Positions 13,013-26,422 of a DNA stretch of 64,000 nucleotides are shown here, one piece after another. The stretch is from assembly GCF_026571515.1 (NCBI RefSeq), contig NW_026862067.1, positions 62,001 to 126,000 of the forward strand, in the 5' to 3' direction. The notes below the pieces were generated by a model. The model saw nothing but the letters and a program-made list of their open reading frames with translations. It was not told where the DNA came from and did no database searches. The DNA is from Ruditapes philippinarum (lineage: Eukaryota). The position numbers and the translations under genes were made by a program. Numbering within the stretch: position 1 is the stretch's first letter; each line of letters starts with the position of its first letter.

Positions 13013-14965
13013 AGTGGAAATGAGATAAATACACTGGTACATGGTAATCTAATAATTGGATAACTAACGTCAAAGAAAGACCCCAGCGCAAAAAAATATT
13101 TTGTCCATGTTTAATATTTTAAAAAACATAGAAGTTTAAAAAAAAATATTTGGCGGAATCTTTTTGCAAAAATTAGATAAACATAAGTGGCACGTCAAAG
13201 TTTGACATACAGGTTATGAAATATTTTAACAGAGAGTTTGATGTCAGGTAGATCTTGTCAGAAACGGGTCGAACCTACTTAAGAAAAAAAAGATTGAATG
13301 CCATACAAGTTCTTGTTGAGAGTTATACATGATAGCACGATAAGGTTTGGGTTTAAAACGACTTCTACTATTAAAGTCATTAATGATCCAATTTAAATCC
13401 CTTTAAATTCGTTACCCGATATCACCTGTACTGGGTGGAATTAAGTCATATTTTGTTATCAAAAGCGGCCATACAATCAATGATTATTATATTAAGGGGG
13501 GAAATAGTGTATCGCTTTTTAGAAATAATCTTTATACTTTATGTACATAGTTACGGTGGAATGTGGTTGTTTTGTGAAAGAATGAAGATATTGTCTGAAT
13601 AAATTAACCTGCTATATGACTTATGTTACGTAAAAAACAACTTTAATTTATTTTGTCATTTAACATCTGTTAACAGAAATGTTTCATGTCTTTTTTTATC
13701 ATATGATATAAGTTAAAAAAAATTATGATATATTTTGAACTAAGGTTCATGCTGCGTTTTAGAATAGTGTCTTAATATTGTATATGCGTTTTCCTTCGAT
13801 TGTCAAATATAGCACAACAGAACAGAACAGAACAGACAACACTACTCATGTATCTGTACTTTTACACACTAACTACTACGGTATCATGCTTACGCAGTTG
13901 ATATTTGTTTCTACACATGAAATAGTAATATGTGTAAGGTTTTCTAGAAATGGTAAAACAGGGAACATTTTAAGAAAGTGACAATGATAATATAAATGTC
14001 TTTTTAAGTATATGAATATAATAGAACCGTATTAACACGTATATTAACCATTGGCTTGAACAGTACAGTTTTTAAAAAAGTTCGTTAATTAACATTGGAA
14101 CAGAAAAATACTTTAAATATATAGAACAGACTTGACATGTTGTTTACAAAGATAGAAATAAGAATGCCAAAAAGAAAACTACGAAACTTAAAACCTTTGA
14201 CAATAATGTATAGAAATTGATACATAAAGTTTTAAAATTGTTCTTATTCAAATGATCAAAATAACAGTAATTAAGTCATTATGATTATATATACTGCTCT
14301 ACGGAACCAATTTTCAACCATAATTTTTCGTAACTTAAGAAAACATTTTTGAAAGTAGCAGTTTAGAGATCACTAAAACTAGATCTATAATCTAGCGATA
14401 TGCTTGGCGAACTTTCTTTTATCTAAAACGAACAGTGGAATTAAGATAACTATTTGTACGCATTGAATGGGATCATTGAATTAAAGCTATTCAATATTTA
14501 AGTATTTGGCAAATGTTTTATAGTATGATTTATAACAATTTAAGCGTCGTTATTTTTTATTTTGTTAGCGGTGCAAAACAATCTGTCCTCTTGTTTACAA
14601 ACGAAGAAAAGAAAACAAACCATGACTTCTTAAACAAATTGCTGATTGATTAACATTTTTTGGTTGAATCACGGCCATTGATTTTTTTTTCTGTCACAAG
14701 TGTGATTTGTATTGTTAATGTGCACGGCATTGAACTATGTACGCTGTTCAGTTATCGCATGCACTCAACTTAAAACCTTTTCGTTGCAAAAGATGTGCTT
14801 TATCAGACACTCGTAAAAACTCGTATAGATTTATAAAAAAAACTTAAGTTTGCAATCTAAATAAGCACTATAAATTAGAAAAGTGCATCGTATTGATTCA
14901 ATAATATACCGAGAAACACAGCTACATGTTAAGCTTTATCGACTATCTACATATATATATATTAC

Positions 14966-15125
14966 CTGCATCGGCGAAGTCTTTAGAAATATTTTTCTTA
15001 GGTCTTGACAATGGTATTCTGTCTATCCAGCTATAAAGTGACTCCACCTCTACATCATCGAAATATTCCTCCATATCCACTTTCGTCATCCCGTTCATTT
15101 CTCTTCTAGCTGTAATAGTCTCCAT
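14966..15125 (-). CDS. SPEF1: Sperm flagellar protein 1-like, coding exon 1 (start of CH domain)
   Basis: Encodes LYSWIDRIPLSRPKKNISKDFADA, typical of the SPEF1/CLAMP CH domain; ATG at 15125; donor G|GTAAT after 14966 (phase 1). Confidence 0.9.
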
Positions 15126-16113
15126 TGAATTTTAATTATATTGTCTTTTTATACTTATATTTTGCTTGTATAAATACAGACAGAACCTTTGTTTTAACGT
15201 CAATATCTTATCATATCCATTGTTTTTTCCTTTATTTTCGGTTTATATATATCACCTTCATGTATAGCGTCCTATACCACTGCTTATAGATCGTTCACTT
15301 AAACCTCTCACCGGAAATCGGTATTGTTGTATGTAGTTACCAATAATGTTTACTTTAAACTGTCTGGTGTGTTCCATTAAGTACGTTAAACGAATCGAAA
15401 AAGTATCATTAATGAAAATCAAATAGACTTTTATTTTCTGTGTTTTATTGTGCGTGTCGTTTCCACTTGAAAACTAATTTAAGCTGTCAATAATGATGTT
15501 TAAAAAGGTTAAAAGGTTAAAATGGTAAAGATGAAGATTTTACGTTTGAAACTAGATATGGAATATTTCGTATAACCAGTATAAGTATTGTAACTTACAC
15601 GTATTTACAGTTCGCCAAAGGTTGTCTGTCAATGAAATTGCTCTATTTTGCTTGAATTTTGCCGAAATGTTTACAATACACAGCTGTAACTCATCTGTAT
15701 GTATTAAATCTATACGTTAAATGAGCCGATTCAATGGACTTCGTTCGTTCGAAAATTAATTTCTTAAAGCTGTATATAAACTGTAACCTATACTTATATT
15801 GTATCGATCTATTAATAATTTATGAGATGTATTGAAATTTATCAGAAGTGTGCCCTTTTTCATTATTTTTTTGCGAGTATTTAATGCCATGTACGTATAT
15901 GTGCTTATACCAAATTTAAGAGACCCAATCAAATGGTTGTAAATGTAATACACGCTGAAGAGTTACTTACCTTGTTTAATACATTCGGACTATCTTAATT
16001 TCATTATTTCTAAATAAATATTTTTCAAAGATTGCAACGTTGTTGTTTATATTTTAGGATGACCATATGTACAACTGCCTCGGTTTATAAAAACTTGTAA
16101 TTCACAGACATGT

Positions 16114-16125
16114 GGGGATTTTCCC
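16114..16125. promoter_or_regulatory. NF-kB-like site overlapping an E2F-like TTTCCCGC
   Basis: GGGGATTTTCCC matches GGGRNWYYCC; lies between the divergent SPEF1 and Deltex genes. Confidence 0.35.
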
Positions 16126-16739
16126 GCGCAAATGGGGATTGATGGTAGCACCTATTTCCGTCTATGCCTTTTAATTACTTCGGTATATAACTTTTATTTC
16201 CTAATATATTTTTTATTAAACTTGGCGCATTTTAAGCAATATAATGTTGAGTTTGGAAATTAATTAGTACGTCCTGTGTTTGAACATACGTATTAGTTGC
16301 AATAATAGTTATTTATCAGGCAAGCTAAGCAGAATAATTTTCTGTCATAATTATTAGTTAGTTTGTTTAAACTTAATTTATTTCTCTGAACATATGTTTC
16401 AATATACAATATACAAGTAGTCTTTCAATGGAAGACACACAAGGTATTCACAGGTATGGTAACTAGCGCCACAACAGAATTCCTAGATTTCCCTTTTAAT
16501 AATGCACCTATATCAACTATAACCACGCCCCTACCATGGGCAAAGCACCACTTGCGAGTACAGTCAGACCAGATGATAAATACGAGTTGGACATATCCCC
16601 GCAGTTTGGTGACACAACAAATGCAGAGCACTTATTTAGGGAACAATGCTTAATCCACGAAATCAGGGGATACAACTAATTGGATCGGACATAATAAACT
16701 TGTACATTAGAAACTTATATAAGTTCAAAACTGCACTGC

Positions 16740-17330
16740 ATAGAATAGAAAAGAATAGAAAAGATTAGAATAAAATAAATTAGAATAACTTTTATTTCCA
16801 ATCAAGGATCATGTTAAATGAACTATAACAAAATAACTGATAAACTAACCTTTTCTAACTAGACTAGACTGTTGTATCTTGTATTTCTAGATTTTCTTTT
16901 AAATAACACTTAAGTTTTTACAAAAATAAGATAAAGATTATACGTATAGTGTAGGTAGCTCTACAGACTACTGTAAAGAAGCATTCTCAAAATAAACTAG
17001 CCAAAATATACAGTAGGTGATAATGATCTGTATTCAAGGTCTCTCAAAAGCACAAATACCGAGTTACGTTAATTCATTTTTTCTCAGTATTATTTCTGAG
17101 TTGATAACAAGTAAAAATAACGTCTTCATATATTGTTTTACGATTATTTCATCTTTATTGCGCATTAAACAAATGAATTTGCTCATCTCAGACATTTTTA
17201 AAAGTTTAAATTCCTATCTGTTATTGTATTATATAACATGATGCGTTGACAAGTAAAAACATAAACTTCATTCACAGAATTTTCTACAAGACTTGATTTT
17301 ATTAATCTTGTTATTTGTGAGAACTTCATA
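16740..17330 (-). mobile_element. Decayed 3-prime fragment of a CR1/L2-like LINE
   Basis: Minus-strand broken peptides ...NEVYVFTCQ... and ...KFICLMRNKDEIIVKQYMKTLFL resemble a LINE ORF2 C-terminus; followed by a (TTCTA)n-like tail at 16741-16785. Confidence 0.35.
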
Positions 17331-17399
17331 TAATCACGAATAACTACAGTATAGAATATATTCATTACATGTATGACTCCCATTGCTTTCTAATTATTT

Positions 17400-17560
17400 C
17401 ATATTACACGCGTGTTATATTCTTTTATATTATACACACGTGTTATATTCTCGTGTTATATTCTTTATATTTCACACGTGTTATATTCTTTTATATTACA
17501 CGCGTGTTATATTCTTTATATTACAGACGTGTTATATTCTTTATATTACACACGTGCAAT
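17400..17560. repeat. ~26-bp minisatellite (ATATTACACGCGTGTTATATTCTTT)
   Basis: About six imperfect head-to-tail copies. Confidence 0.9.
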
Positions 17561-18076
17561 ATAAAGGCACTTTTGTTATATATTAAGCGTCTGTTGATAA
17601 ATAAAATTAAGTTAACTTAAGTGATATGATAAAAATAACCATTTGAAAAATCGTCTAGCCAAAATATTTTTAAACTCGTTTTATAATAATTGTGAACACC
17701 ACTCTGAGTTAAACAGTATTTCCTCAGAAATAAAATCAGTCGCGAAAGTTAACGAATATTTATTAATTCATAGCCTATATACGTAAAGTTCTAAAAATAG
17801 ACATTCGGTATCGACTAAATTTACCAGTGGTTGTGCAAGACTGAACGCGCAGAGCGTAACCGCAATGTTTCGGATATTTACATTAACTTCCTACAGTATT
17901 AACAAAGAATATCCGATTACTTTTTGCCTATAAACGGATCATTCATTCATTTAAAATATAGTGTTATTCAAAAAGAGAAAGGAAAAGTGTTGGTTTAAAA
18001 AACAAATTTCAATCTGGATTTATTTGATCAAGGTATTCATGCTTATTTCGTAGCGTTATACTTATTATTGGATAAC

Positions 18077-18095
18077 GTTTCTACTTTCGCTTTCT
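18077..18095 (-). promoter_or_regulatory. ISRE/IRF-element-like motif near the Deltex 5-prime end
   Basis: GTTTCTACTTTCGCTTTCT; the reverse complement contains AGAAAGCGAAAGT (GAAANNGAAA); a second GAAAGGAAAAGT lies at 17977-17988. Confidence 0.45.
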
Positions 18096-18132
18096 GCTGA
18101 TATCTATGTGACATTGATAAAGCCAGTTAGGC

Positions 18133-18256
18133 CACAGGCACTAGATACAATTAATTTACCTCTATATGCTCATAATACTATATATAAAGATTATTCTTTA
18201 TATATATATAGTATTATGAGCATATAGAGGTAAATTAATTGTGTCCAGTGCCTGTG
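18133..18256. mobile_element. 124-bp palindromic MITE with 8-bp target-site duplication (hAT/P-like)
   Basis: CACAGGCACT...AGTGCCTGTG near-perfect hairpin; AGTTAGGC duplicated at 18125-18132 and 18257-18264. Confidence 0.85.
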
Positions 18257-18661
18257 AGTTAGGCCGGGTGTTTCAGAGAGAGACTGTTAAAATAGCTATA
18301 GGTATCCCTTTTTAATATTTGTTTGAAGTTATTTTAATATAAACATAATAGGTAGGTGTAACAGTGGTAAAAAAGTTTCTTACGTTGATATATGGTACAC
18401 TAGTGACATACACGTATTCAACTGACTGACCAATTTTTGACCAATACGTACACCATAGCAAAATAGCTACAGCTAGTAGGTAGGCATAATATAATAATTG
18501 TTAGGAACTCAGTCTCCGTATGTATGTCATAAGGCTGTGTAGATTTATCAATATGTTAGTGCAACAATGGATACAAGATTGTTTTCATATAATATAAGAT
18601 AGATTGAACCCAACACAGCTGTTTTAAAACTTACGTACATCTAGCTAAGCTAGCTATACTC

Positions 18662-18779
18662 GTATAAAAAGTATTTTAAATGTTTCAGATACAAAAGGCA
18701 ACATAATACATTCAAGTTTGGTATAAAAAGTATTTTAAATGTTTCAGATACAAAAGGCAACATAATACATTCAAGTTTG
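18662..18779 (+). repeat. Perfect 2 x 59-bp tandem duplication containing a splice acceptor
   Basis: Units 18662-18720 and 18721-18779 are identical; each contains TGTTTCAG|ATAC. Confidence 0.95.
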
Positions 18780-18791
18780 AAGTATGTGAAA

Positions 18792-19733
18792 ATGGGGACC
18801 ATGTCTTCTAGGGAAGAAGAGATTTTCAACAACGCTAGGGAAGAAGAGATTTTCAACAACGCTAGGGAAGAAGAGATTTTCAACAACGCTAGGGAAGAAG
18901 AGATTTTCAACAACGCTAGGGAAGAAGAGATTTTCAACAACGATTTAGATGACAACCACATAGACACTATGCAGGAAGATATCGAAGAAGATGAATTCAT
19001 GGCAGGTTTTGCAAATTTGTTTATTGAAACAAACTCTTCAAATGAAAAGGAAGAAAATAAAATGGACATATGTTTTGGGTTTTCAGACGAATTTTTTACT
19101 GACAACATGGAACAAGAAAATGATTTAGGACAGGTTGCAGCGTGTGCATTGAAAAATAAACAAACAAACGTTATAAACGATTCGGACTCGGATTCTGATA
19201 TTAAGTTTAATTTATTTGGTGATAGTGACGACGACGATGACCGTCCAACTTTAGTCAGTAACATCAAAACATTACCCGGAAGTATCTTAACAAATTCTGA
19301 TAAACATTATGGGTCACAAGGTTCGGAAACGAAACCGAAAGTGAACACTAGAAGCACAATGTTTCCGCAAAGTTCTGGTTTGAATCAAGTTAATAAGGGA
19401 ATATTGGGACTTTCGTTAAGTGATTCTCAACTTACGAAACCGGAGTATACCGGTCCAAAACCAGAGGACGACGACTTTTGCAGCATATGTAGAGATTCTC
19501 ACACAAATCCGAAAACTTTGAAAAAATGCTCGCATAGTTTTTGTACTGATTGTATAGACGAATATTTTAAAATCAAACCAGAATGTCCGAATTGTTTCGT
19601 TGCCTATGGAGTTATAAAGGGTAACCAGCCTGAGGGGTATATGAGTGACAGTATATCAAAAGTAAAACTTCCTGGATACGAACAGTATAATACTATTGTT
19701 GTATCATACGGTTTCTCCGATGGAACTCAAACT
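18792..19733 (+). CDS. Deltex-family (DTX3/DTX3L-like) RING E3 ubiquitin ligase, coding exon 1
   Basis: Acidic N-terminus; C3HC4 RING CSIC...CSHSFCTDC...CPNC; then YGVIKGNQPEGYM...LPGYE, the start of the Deltex C-terminal (DTC) domain; donor ACT|gtaagc. Confidence 0.92.
18808..18942 (+). repeat. 5 x 27-bp perfect coding repeat (REEEIFNNA)
   Basis: CTAGGGAAGAAGAGATTTTCAACAACG repeated five times in frame. Confidence 0.97.
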
Positions 19734-20288
19734 GTAAGCTTTATTCTTCTACATTGTACTTATACATAGGAAACTACATTGTACTTATACATACGAAATA
19801 TTTATTCGAAATATGTAATGATTCAAACTATGTAATGATGTTTAGTGCGTGAACGAAAAAGTGAATGTACAATCGGTTTTATCAACCTGATATATGATTA
19901 TTAGTACACTACATATATACCACATAATCATTGTGTAAATAACCAATATAAATTTGTTCAGTTGCGTGTTTCAGATTTAATGTAGTTATTTAATGGCATT
20001 TTAATTAAACGTCACGTGAATTTAACCTTCAATTTGACAGTTTAGTACTGGTTATTATCAAAGCTAGATCTCAATTAAGGAGATTCGTACATATCTGTTT
20101 TGTTTGATTTAATAGGCCGCGTAGGCCTACATTAAAAGTTTTTGAAAGGTTATAAGGCCCTAGCTATATAAACGGAAATATATAAATGGAAATATAATTC
20201 GAGTCGCTATTTTGCAAACAACCGTTTATGTGCGGTTATATAATCTGTCAGAAATATTTATAACGAATTTATAATACAGCAAACTTCC

Positions 20289-20954
20289 TTTTTTAGCTCA
20301 CTTGTCTTAAAGTGACAAGGTGAGCTTTGTGATCGCTTTTCTTGCGGCGTCCGTCCGTCCGTTAACTTTTACTTTAAACGACATACCCTCATAAACTGCC
20401 AAGCCAATTTCATCGAAACTTCACAGTCCGGAATATTAATGTTCCTTTGGTGGTCACCTTTGAAAATTATTCAAAGTATTAAATTCCATGCAGAAAAATT
20501 TGTTGAAATTAAAGCCCTGGGGTCAAAATTTTTCTTTTCTTTTTTTTTTTTTTTTTTTTTGGGGGGGGGGGGGGTCATTGATTTTCCTTATATGTATATA
20601 GTACAATCTTTAAAAATCTTCTTTGAAAAAACCCATAGAGCTAGAGTTTTGATATTTGTCAAGAAACATTTTCTAGTGGGTATCTACCAAGTTTGTTCAA
20701 AGAAAAGCCCGGGTCAAAATTGACCAGCCCTGTGGGGTCATTGATTTTCCTTATATTTATATAGTAAAAACTTAAAAAAAATCTTCTTTTAAGACACCAA
20801 AAGAGCTAGAGCTCAGATATTTAGCAGGAAACATCTTCTAATGGGTGTCTACCAAGCTTGTTCAAATAGAAGCCATGGGGTCAAAATTATTCTTGTTCAT
20901 GGAGAGTTTTCAGATTCAGGTGAGCGATTTCAGGGCCATCATGGCCCTCTTGTT
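20289..20954 (+). mobile_element. Helentron-associated non-autonomous element (HINE/DINE-1-like, pearl-type) in a Deltex intron
   Basis: TTTTAGCTCACTTG...CAAGGTGAGCT 5-prime stem; (GTCC)n microsatellite; two ~170-190 bp core repeats; 3-prime CAGGTGAGCG plus AGGGCCATCATGGCCCT palindrome and CTTGTT; T-rich insertion site. Confidence 0.8.
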
Positions 20955-21836
20955 TAGAGAAAAAATGAGATTTTTGCATAAATTGACAGCAGCCGTTTAA
21001 ATAAAACTATATACACTTCATGGTTGTCCAATGAAAACCTACGTTACAAACGTGCAATATTATAAGACAATTTATACATAGTATCCTATCATATTTAATA
21101 TCTACAATCGTCTGCTTAGTCCCTTTTGTCAATCACAGTTCTGAGTATGTGTCTGCTTTCCGGTCCTCACTCAAATGCATTACAATTTAATTATTTGTTA
21201 CCAATCACTGCACCATGTGATCTTCCAATTTAAAACATAATTAGGTTAAGCCTCGTTTTCATTTTCCATGTCCAAAGTCCAAAACATTTGTATCAAATTC
21301 TTATTGAATTTTCCGTCTGGTCTTTTTCCCAAAGAATTAGTCATATCTAATCCATATTGCGCGCTTAGTGTCAAAGTTCTGTCAAAATAGTGTGTAAAAT
21401 GGTGATGTGAAATAAAAGGTCATTTTTAGTACAAAACTTGACTGGATACAGCAAAATTTGACTCGCCTAGCGCCTCTAACTACAGAACTCAATAATATGC
21501 TCATGTATTTACCTCATAATAAAGGGGATTGACTAAGGATTTAAAAATAACTCATCCCTCCAAAACAGTGCATCGTATATCATTTGATTTTTTTTAAAAT
21601 TTTTTACTTATATATAACTATCTATTTCACAAATTTATCATCCTCCAACGTTTCGAGTGGTTAAACCCCTCTTAATCAAAGAGTTTGCTGTTTATTTTTA
21701 TAAATCTCGTATTTATCCTCTTTTTTCTAACACTTTGTTATAGCTTTCTTCTTTTTCATAAATAAATTCATCTTTTTCAGATATATGTTAGCATTTTAAA
21801 ATAGTAATCGTTCGTATTTTTTCTGTGTATCTTTAG

Positions 21837-22133
<297 letters not shown>

Positions 22134-22392
22134 TAAAATATTTCAAGTCATTTCTGCAAAACGTACCATGTTAACTCACTAGAAAGGAGTTTATAAAGAC
22201 CAATATCGGATAGATAACCATGACCATTAACCAAGGTTTAACTAGTACACATCTGGAAAGCAACGTTCCGTTCTCTTTATAAACAGTATAATTAACTATT
22301 TGTTAATTTTGTAAATTATTTATTCTAGGTTTAGGATATTAAAACCGATGACAATCAGAATCAACTTATTTCAATGTTTTAATGTATTTTAG

Positions 22393-22486
22393 TTTCGGCT
22401 ATCCAGATCCGACATATTTGACTCGAGTACAACAAGAACTAGCAGCAAAAGGTGTTACAGAAGAAAGTGTTGATGAAAATCCGTAA
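22393..22486 (+). CDS. Deltex-family ligase coding exon 3 (end of DTC domain, stop)
   Basis: ttttag| acceptor; FGYPDPTYLTRVQQELAAKGV... then TAA at 22484-22486. Confidence 0.95.
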
Positions 22487-25400
22487 TGTGTGTTTAGTTG
22501 TAACTTTATCTGTGATACACAAGGTAAATGCCCTATAATGACTGTTTGAAGTTTCAGCAATAAGTTACAAGTATAATGTTTTAATCTGACTGTTCTGTTG
22601 ACATGCTCCGATGTTTTCTGACGTCCATAATGACAAAAATGTATCCAAATATCAGGTACATATTAGAGAGTGAAATGGCAGAAACATTCCGGCTTTCATT
22701 ATGGGCCATTTACCTTATACTGGTCAATTAAGTGTAGTTACATTTATGCAGAATGATGTTTACAATAGGCTTGCTAATATGTGTAAATTTATGTTTAGAA
22801 TTATCCACATTTACCACATTATTATGACCTAGTACATATAATCCAGCTAAATTGACCGGCAAAAGTTACTAACCGGCTATCGCCTCGGTCAATATGACAT
22901 TAACAGGTGTATATCGCATCATATTCAGTGGCTCACTAGTCAAACACTGTTTAATATTCTATGCATTATAACCACTGGGATTAATGTAAGCATACTTTAT
23001 AATGTCACGTGCTCACTGCTGATGTGTTATAATCTTTATTCTGCTGAATTTCTTAAATTGTCTTGTCGGTTCTTACAACCTGGACAAACTTCATAATTAT
23101 TAGAGAAAATATTATAACGAGTACTGGACTGAATAACAAACAGTGTACTAGCAAAATACGAGTAATTATAGTTTTATAAAAACAATGAAAATAAAACCAG
23201 CATCATTTCATCCGGATCCTGATCTTTTCTTAATGGACACGTGACCGGTTCTAACCATAACACACTTCGAGATCGCAGAATAGATGACAAAGTGACATTA
23301 TGCTCATTTTTTTTCACTGTTGATCAAACTGAGTTGAATTAGTATATATTACAAAAGATTGATTTTTATTATAGTGATTGACCAATAATTGATAATTGGT
23401 TTTAAGAACTGAACAGTACCAATTCATGCTGAACGCTATTTATAGAAATGTCTGTTAGTCACTGTATTATTGATCATTCTTATAATGAAATATGAATTTG
23501 AATACAATTATAGTAAAATGTCTAGTTATTTCGACTTTTACCTGCTCATTGACTATATACTTTTGCATTGGCATAATGTTAATGGCTTTAATAAACTATC
23601 TTTAAAAAAGAATAAACTCTTAAGCAAACAGATACCGAAAAGAGCTTTGTCATTGTTAGCATTCATATTAGATTGCAAAATGCTCGTGATAATGTTAAAT
23701 AAACATATTTTGGTAAGCTTTTCGTTTTATTTATTTCATAGTTTATATGTGTGTTATATTTTTGTATTTTTGAGATACTTATAAACGTTTATATTAATAA
23801 GCATTGAATGTAGTCAATGTACATATAAAGTAATGTTTCCGACGATTAGTTTTATGTCTACAGGAATTATTTAGTATGCGGCTTATTTTTGAATTATCTC
23901 CCTTATTCCATGTTTTTTTAAATTTTAAATCTTATCTGCTTTTTAACGCTGTCAGAAGTCAGTGACTTAGTCAATCATGGTAACATAGATACAATGGAGC
24001 GTATTTTGAAGACAGTAGATGACAAACACGTTATATAGTAAAAATTACGAAGATTTTATGGAGAACGAATACTTGTTTACAAACATTTTGTTATTAGAAT
24101 ATGTATGATGTTTTAGTGACATTATATGCATTTATTAGAAAATACAGGGGAGTATAATTCAATGTAAAATGGCTGACAATCCGCAACTTGTAATTAAAAA
24201 CAGTCACTAATGGGGTCACTTTAGAACGACATAATAAATAAACGGATTACGAGTAAGTTTTTGTTTGCAGTATTTAATTTCATTTATGTTATTGTTCGGT
24301 CATTTTCATAGCATGATATTGTATCACATGCGTTGCATCAGTATTGTAGATTACGTGAAATATGCTAATCAAAATACATGATAATATTAACTTATTAATA
24401 TTTTTAAAAATATTTTATTACTATTATTATTATGTTATCTATTATCATAGAAGATTGCAGAACTAAATTTACAAACGTAACAAATAAAGAATATTTATAG
24501 ATAGGCCCATGATAACGAGTTATGGCTTTCTGTCCAGTATGTAGTAGACCTTCAAATCTTGTAGACAAATCTTGATTGAGGTGTAGATTGTGCTTAGTGT
24601 TGGTAGAAAATAAATTAAAATAAATATCAGCCGCATGATTTGAAATATAAACAACAAACAATATTTTGTTCGCTTTTGTTTTAAAAAATGTCCTCGACTT
24701 TTCAAATTATCACATTTTGAAACTGGTTTTCATCGTTTATCTGGAAGAAAGGTGATGGTTTGATTTCTATGGTGATATAAGTCCTAACACATAGAATGGT
24801 TTTGTTCTTACAAAAGTAAAACCTGATACTTAAATTGATATTACTTTGATAAATATTTTGTCAGTCCGTTTGAACAATAACATATTTCCATCGTCCTTCA
24901 AACTGGTGGTAACATCAAGTTTAGTTTAAACATATTTATTTCCCGAATAGTGACAGTGATACTTCATAATTGAAACTGTTCCCTTAAATATACTTAATGT
25001 TCACTTTATAAGTTATAACCGTTATTAATAAGCTTTCATTTGGGATATTTTTGAATCCAAGTTTTAATAATAAAAATACAACGTTTTGTTTATTTTAAGA
25101 ACATACTTCCATTTTTATTTTACAACTACATTTGTACATTGTATTTTTATCTGTATGTTAAATAATTTTGGTTGTTATGTTTTGCTTTGTTATAAAAACA
25201 AAGATGATGTTTATACATAAAGTCTTATGCAATAAATGAGTTATTCTTTTACACGTATTCACTTACATAACTTTTCTGTCTTACCAGATGAGAATTTAAT
25301 CGACGTTTCACAAATTCGCTTGTAGTGCTCTTTTATATTCTGTATGAAAGATAACGAGAAAATAAATTATAAGACATCACTTTAGAGTGCCTCGTTGACA

Positions 25401-25848
25401 ATCTCTGGTACCTCGTCTTGTATTCCCTGTATGAGGGACGAACGGCAACTCTTCTTGAAGATTGAAAAAAAAAGTTGAATTACCTTGAGCTGAAGTTTTT
25501 TCAATGACGTGACATTTGGCGTGCAGATAATTATATCGTGTAATAATACATTTAACTTCCTTGTGTGTTAAAGATGGGAAAAGTTTGTAGCTTGTTAGAA
25601 TGTACTTTAATAAAGAATGCTAGGCTGATTGATCCTGTGAAATGAAATTAGGATCATCTGAGATTTCCCTCCACCAGTAAAACTTGAATGTGATTATGTG
25701 ACAGTGTCGATTTAATATAAAACCAAATAAAAGAAGATATAAGAATGAATTATTTTATTAGATAAAAGTCACTCCTTCTTTTAGTCACACTTCCTTTCCT
25801 TACTCCATGCATGTTCATCTATTGACTTATAACTGGTTATGATAAATA

Positions 25849-25970
25849 TTGGTTGTATATTGTCACATTTGGTTATATGTTGTCACATTTGGTTATATGT
25901 TGTCACATTTGGTTATATGTTGTCACATTTGGTTATATGTTGTCACATTTGGTTATATGTTGTTACATTT
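25849..25970. repeat. 20-bp minisatellite (TTGGTTATATGTTGTCACAT) x6
   Basis: Six head-to-tail near-identical copies without spacers. Confidence 0.95.
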
Positions 25971-26422
25971 ACTCATTCGATGTTCGTTAAAGTTATATAT
26001 GGCAGCATCCATCTTTGAAACCAATATTCTTGTTATATTGTTATCTTACATATGTTTTAAAGAAACAGTTTGACAACTACTTTGTTTACATTTTGCTTCC
26101 TGTGCGGTAAATAATTTCTCATTTAGTTGCATACATTTAATTTCCTCTCAAATGAAACATAAAAAAGAAATTACAAACACTAGGGAAAGAATTATGAAAA
26201 AGGTAGTAAAGCAGTTTATCATGTATATAACAGTGCTCCTGCAAAAGTGGCACACCTGTAGAGATCAAGTTTCGTACTTGAACCAGAATTTCTAACAGAT
26301 AGGACGTCAATCGACACATTCTGTCTTGCAGTAGTATATACATACACACATCCATTGTCATAGACTATTTATAGTTACTTTCTCTCTAAAAACAAGAAAG
26401 AACTCACAAGAATAAATTCAGA

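Noticed and set aside
12858-13091. 77-aa ORF
   Set aside because: Artefact of reading through the N gap.
16425-16700. GC-richer island with short ORFs on both strands (possible solo LTR or exon)
   Set aside because: No recognisable domain, no clear TG...CA ends or TSD.
18133-18142. CACAG terminus resembling a RAG/Transib signal heptamer
   Set aside because: Sequence is CACAGGC, there is no nonamer, and the TSD is 8 bp rather than 5 bp.
18650-19267. 205-aa minus-strand ORF with ALLKISSSL repeats
   Set aside because: Antisense shadow of the Deltex exon and its 27-bp repeat.
25849-25970. Regular short repeats as a possible CRISPR array (also 17400-17560 and 52739-52997)
   Set aside because: Head-to-tail units without unique spacers, no cas genes, eukaryotic context.
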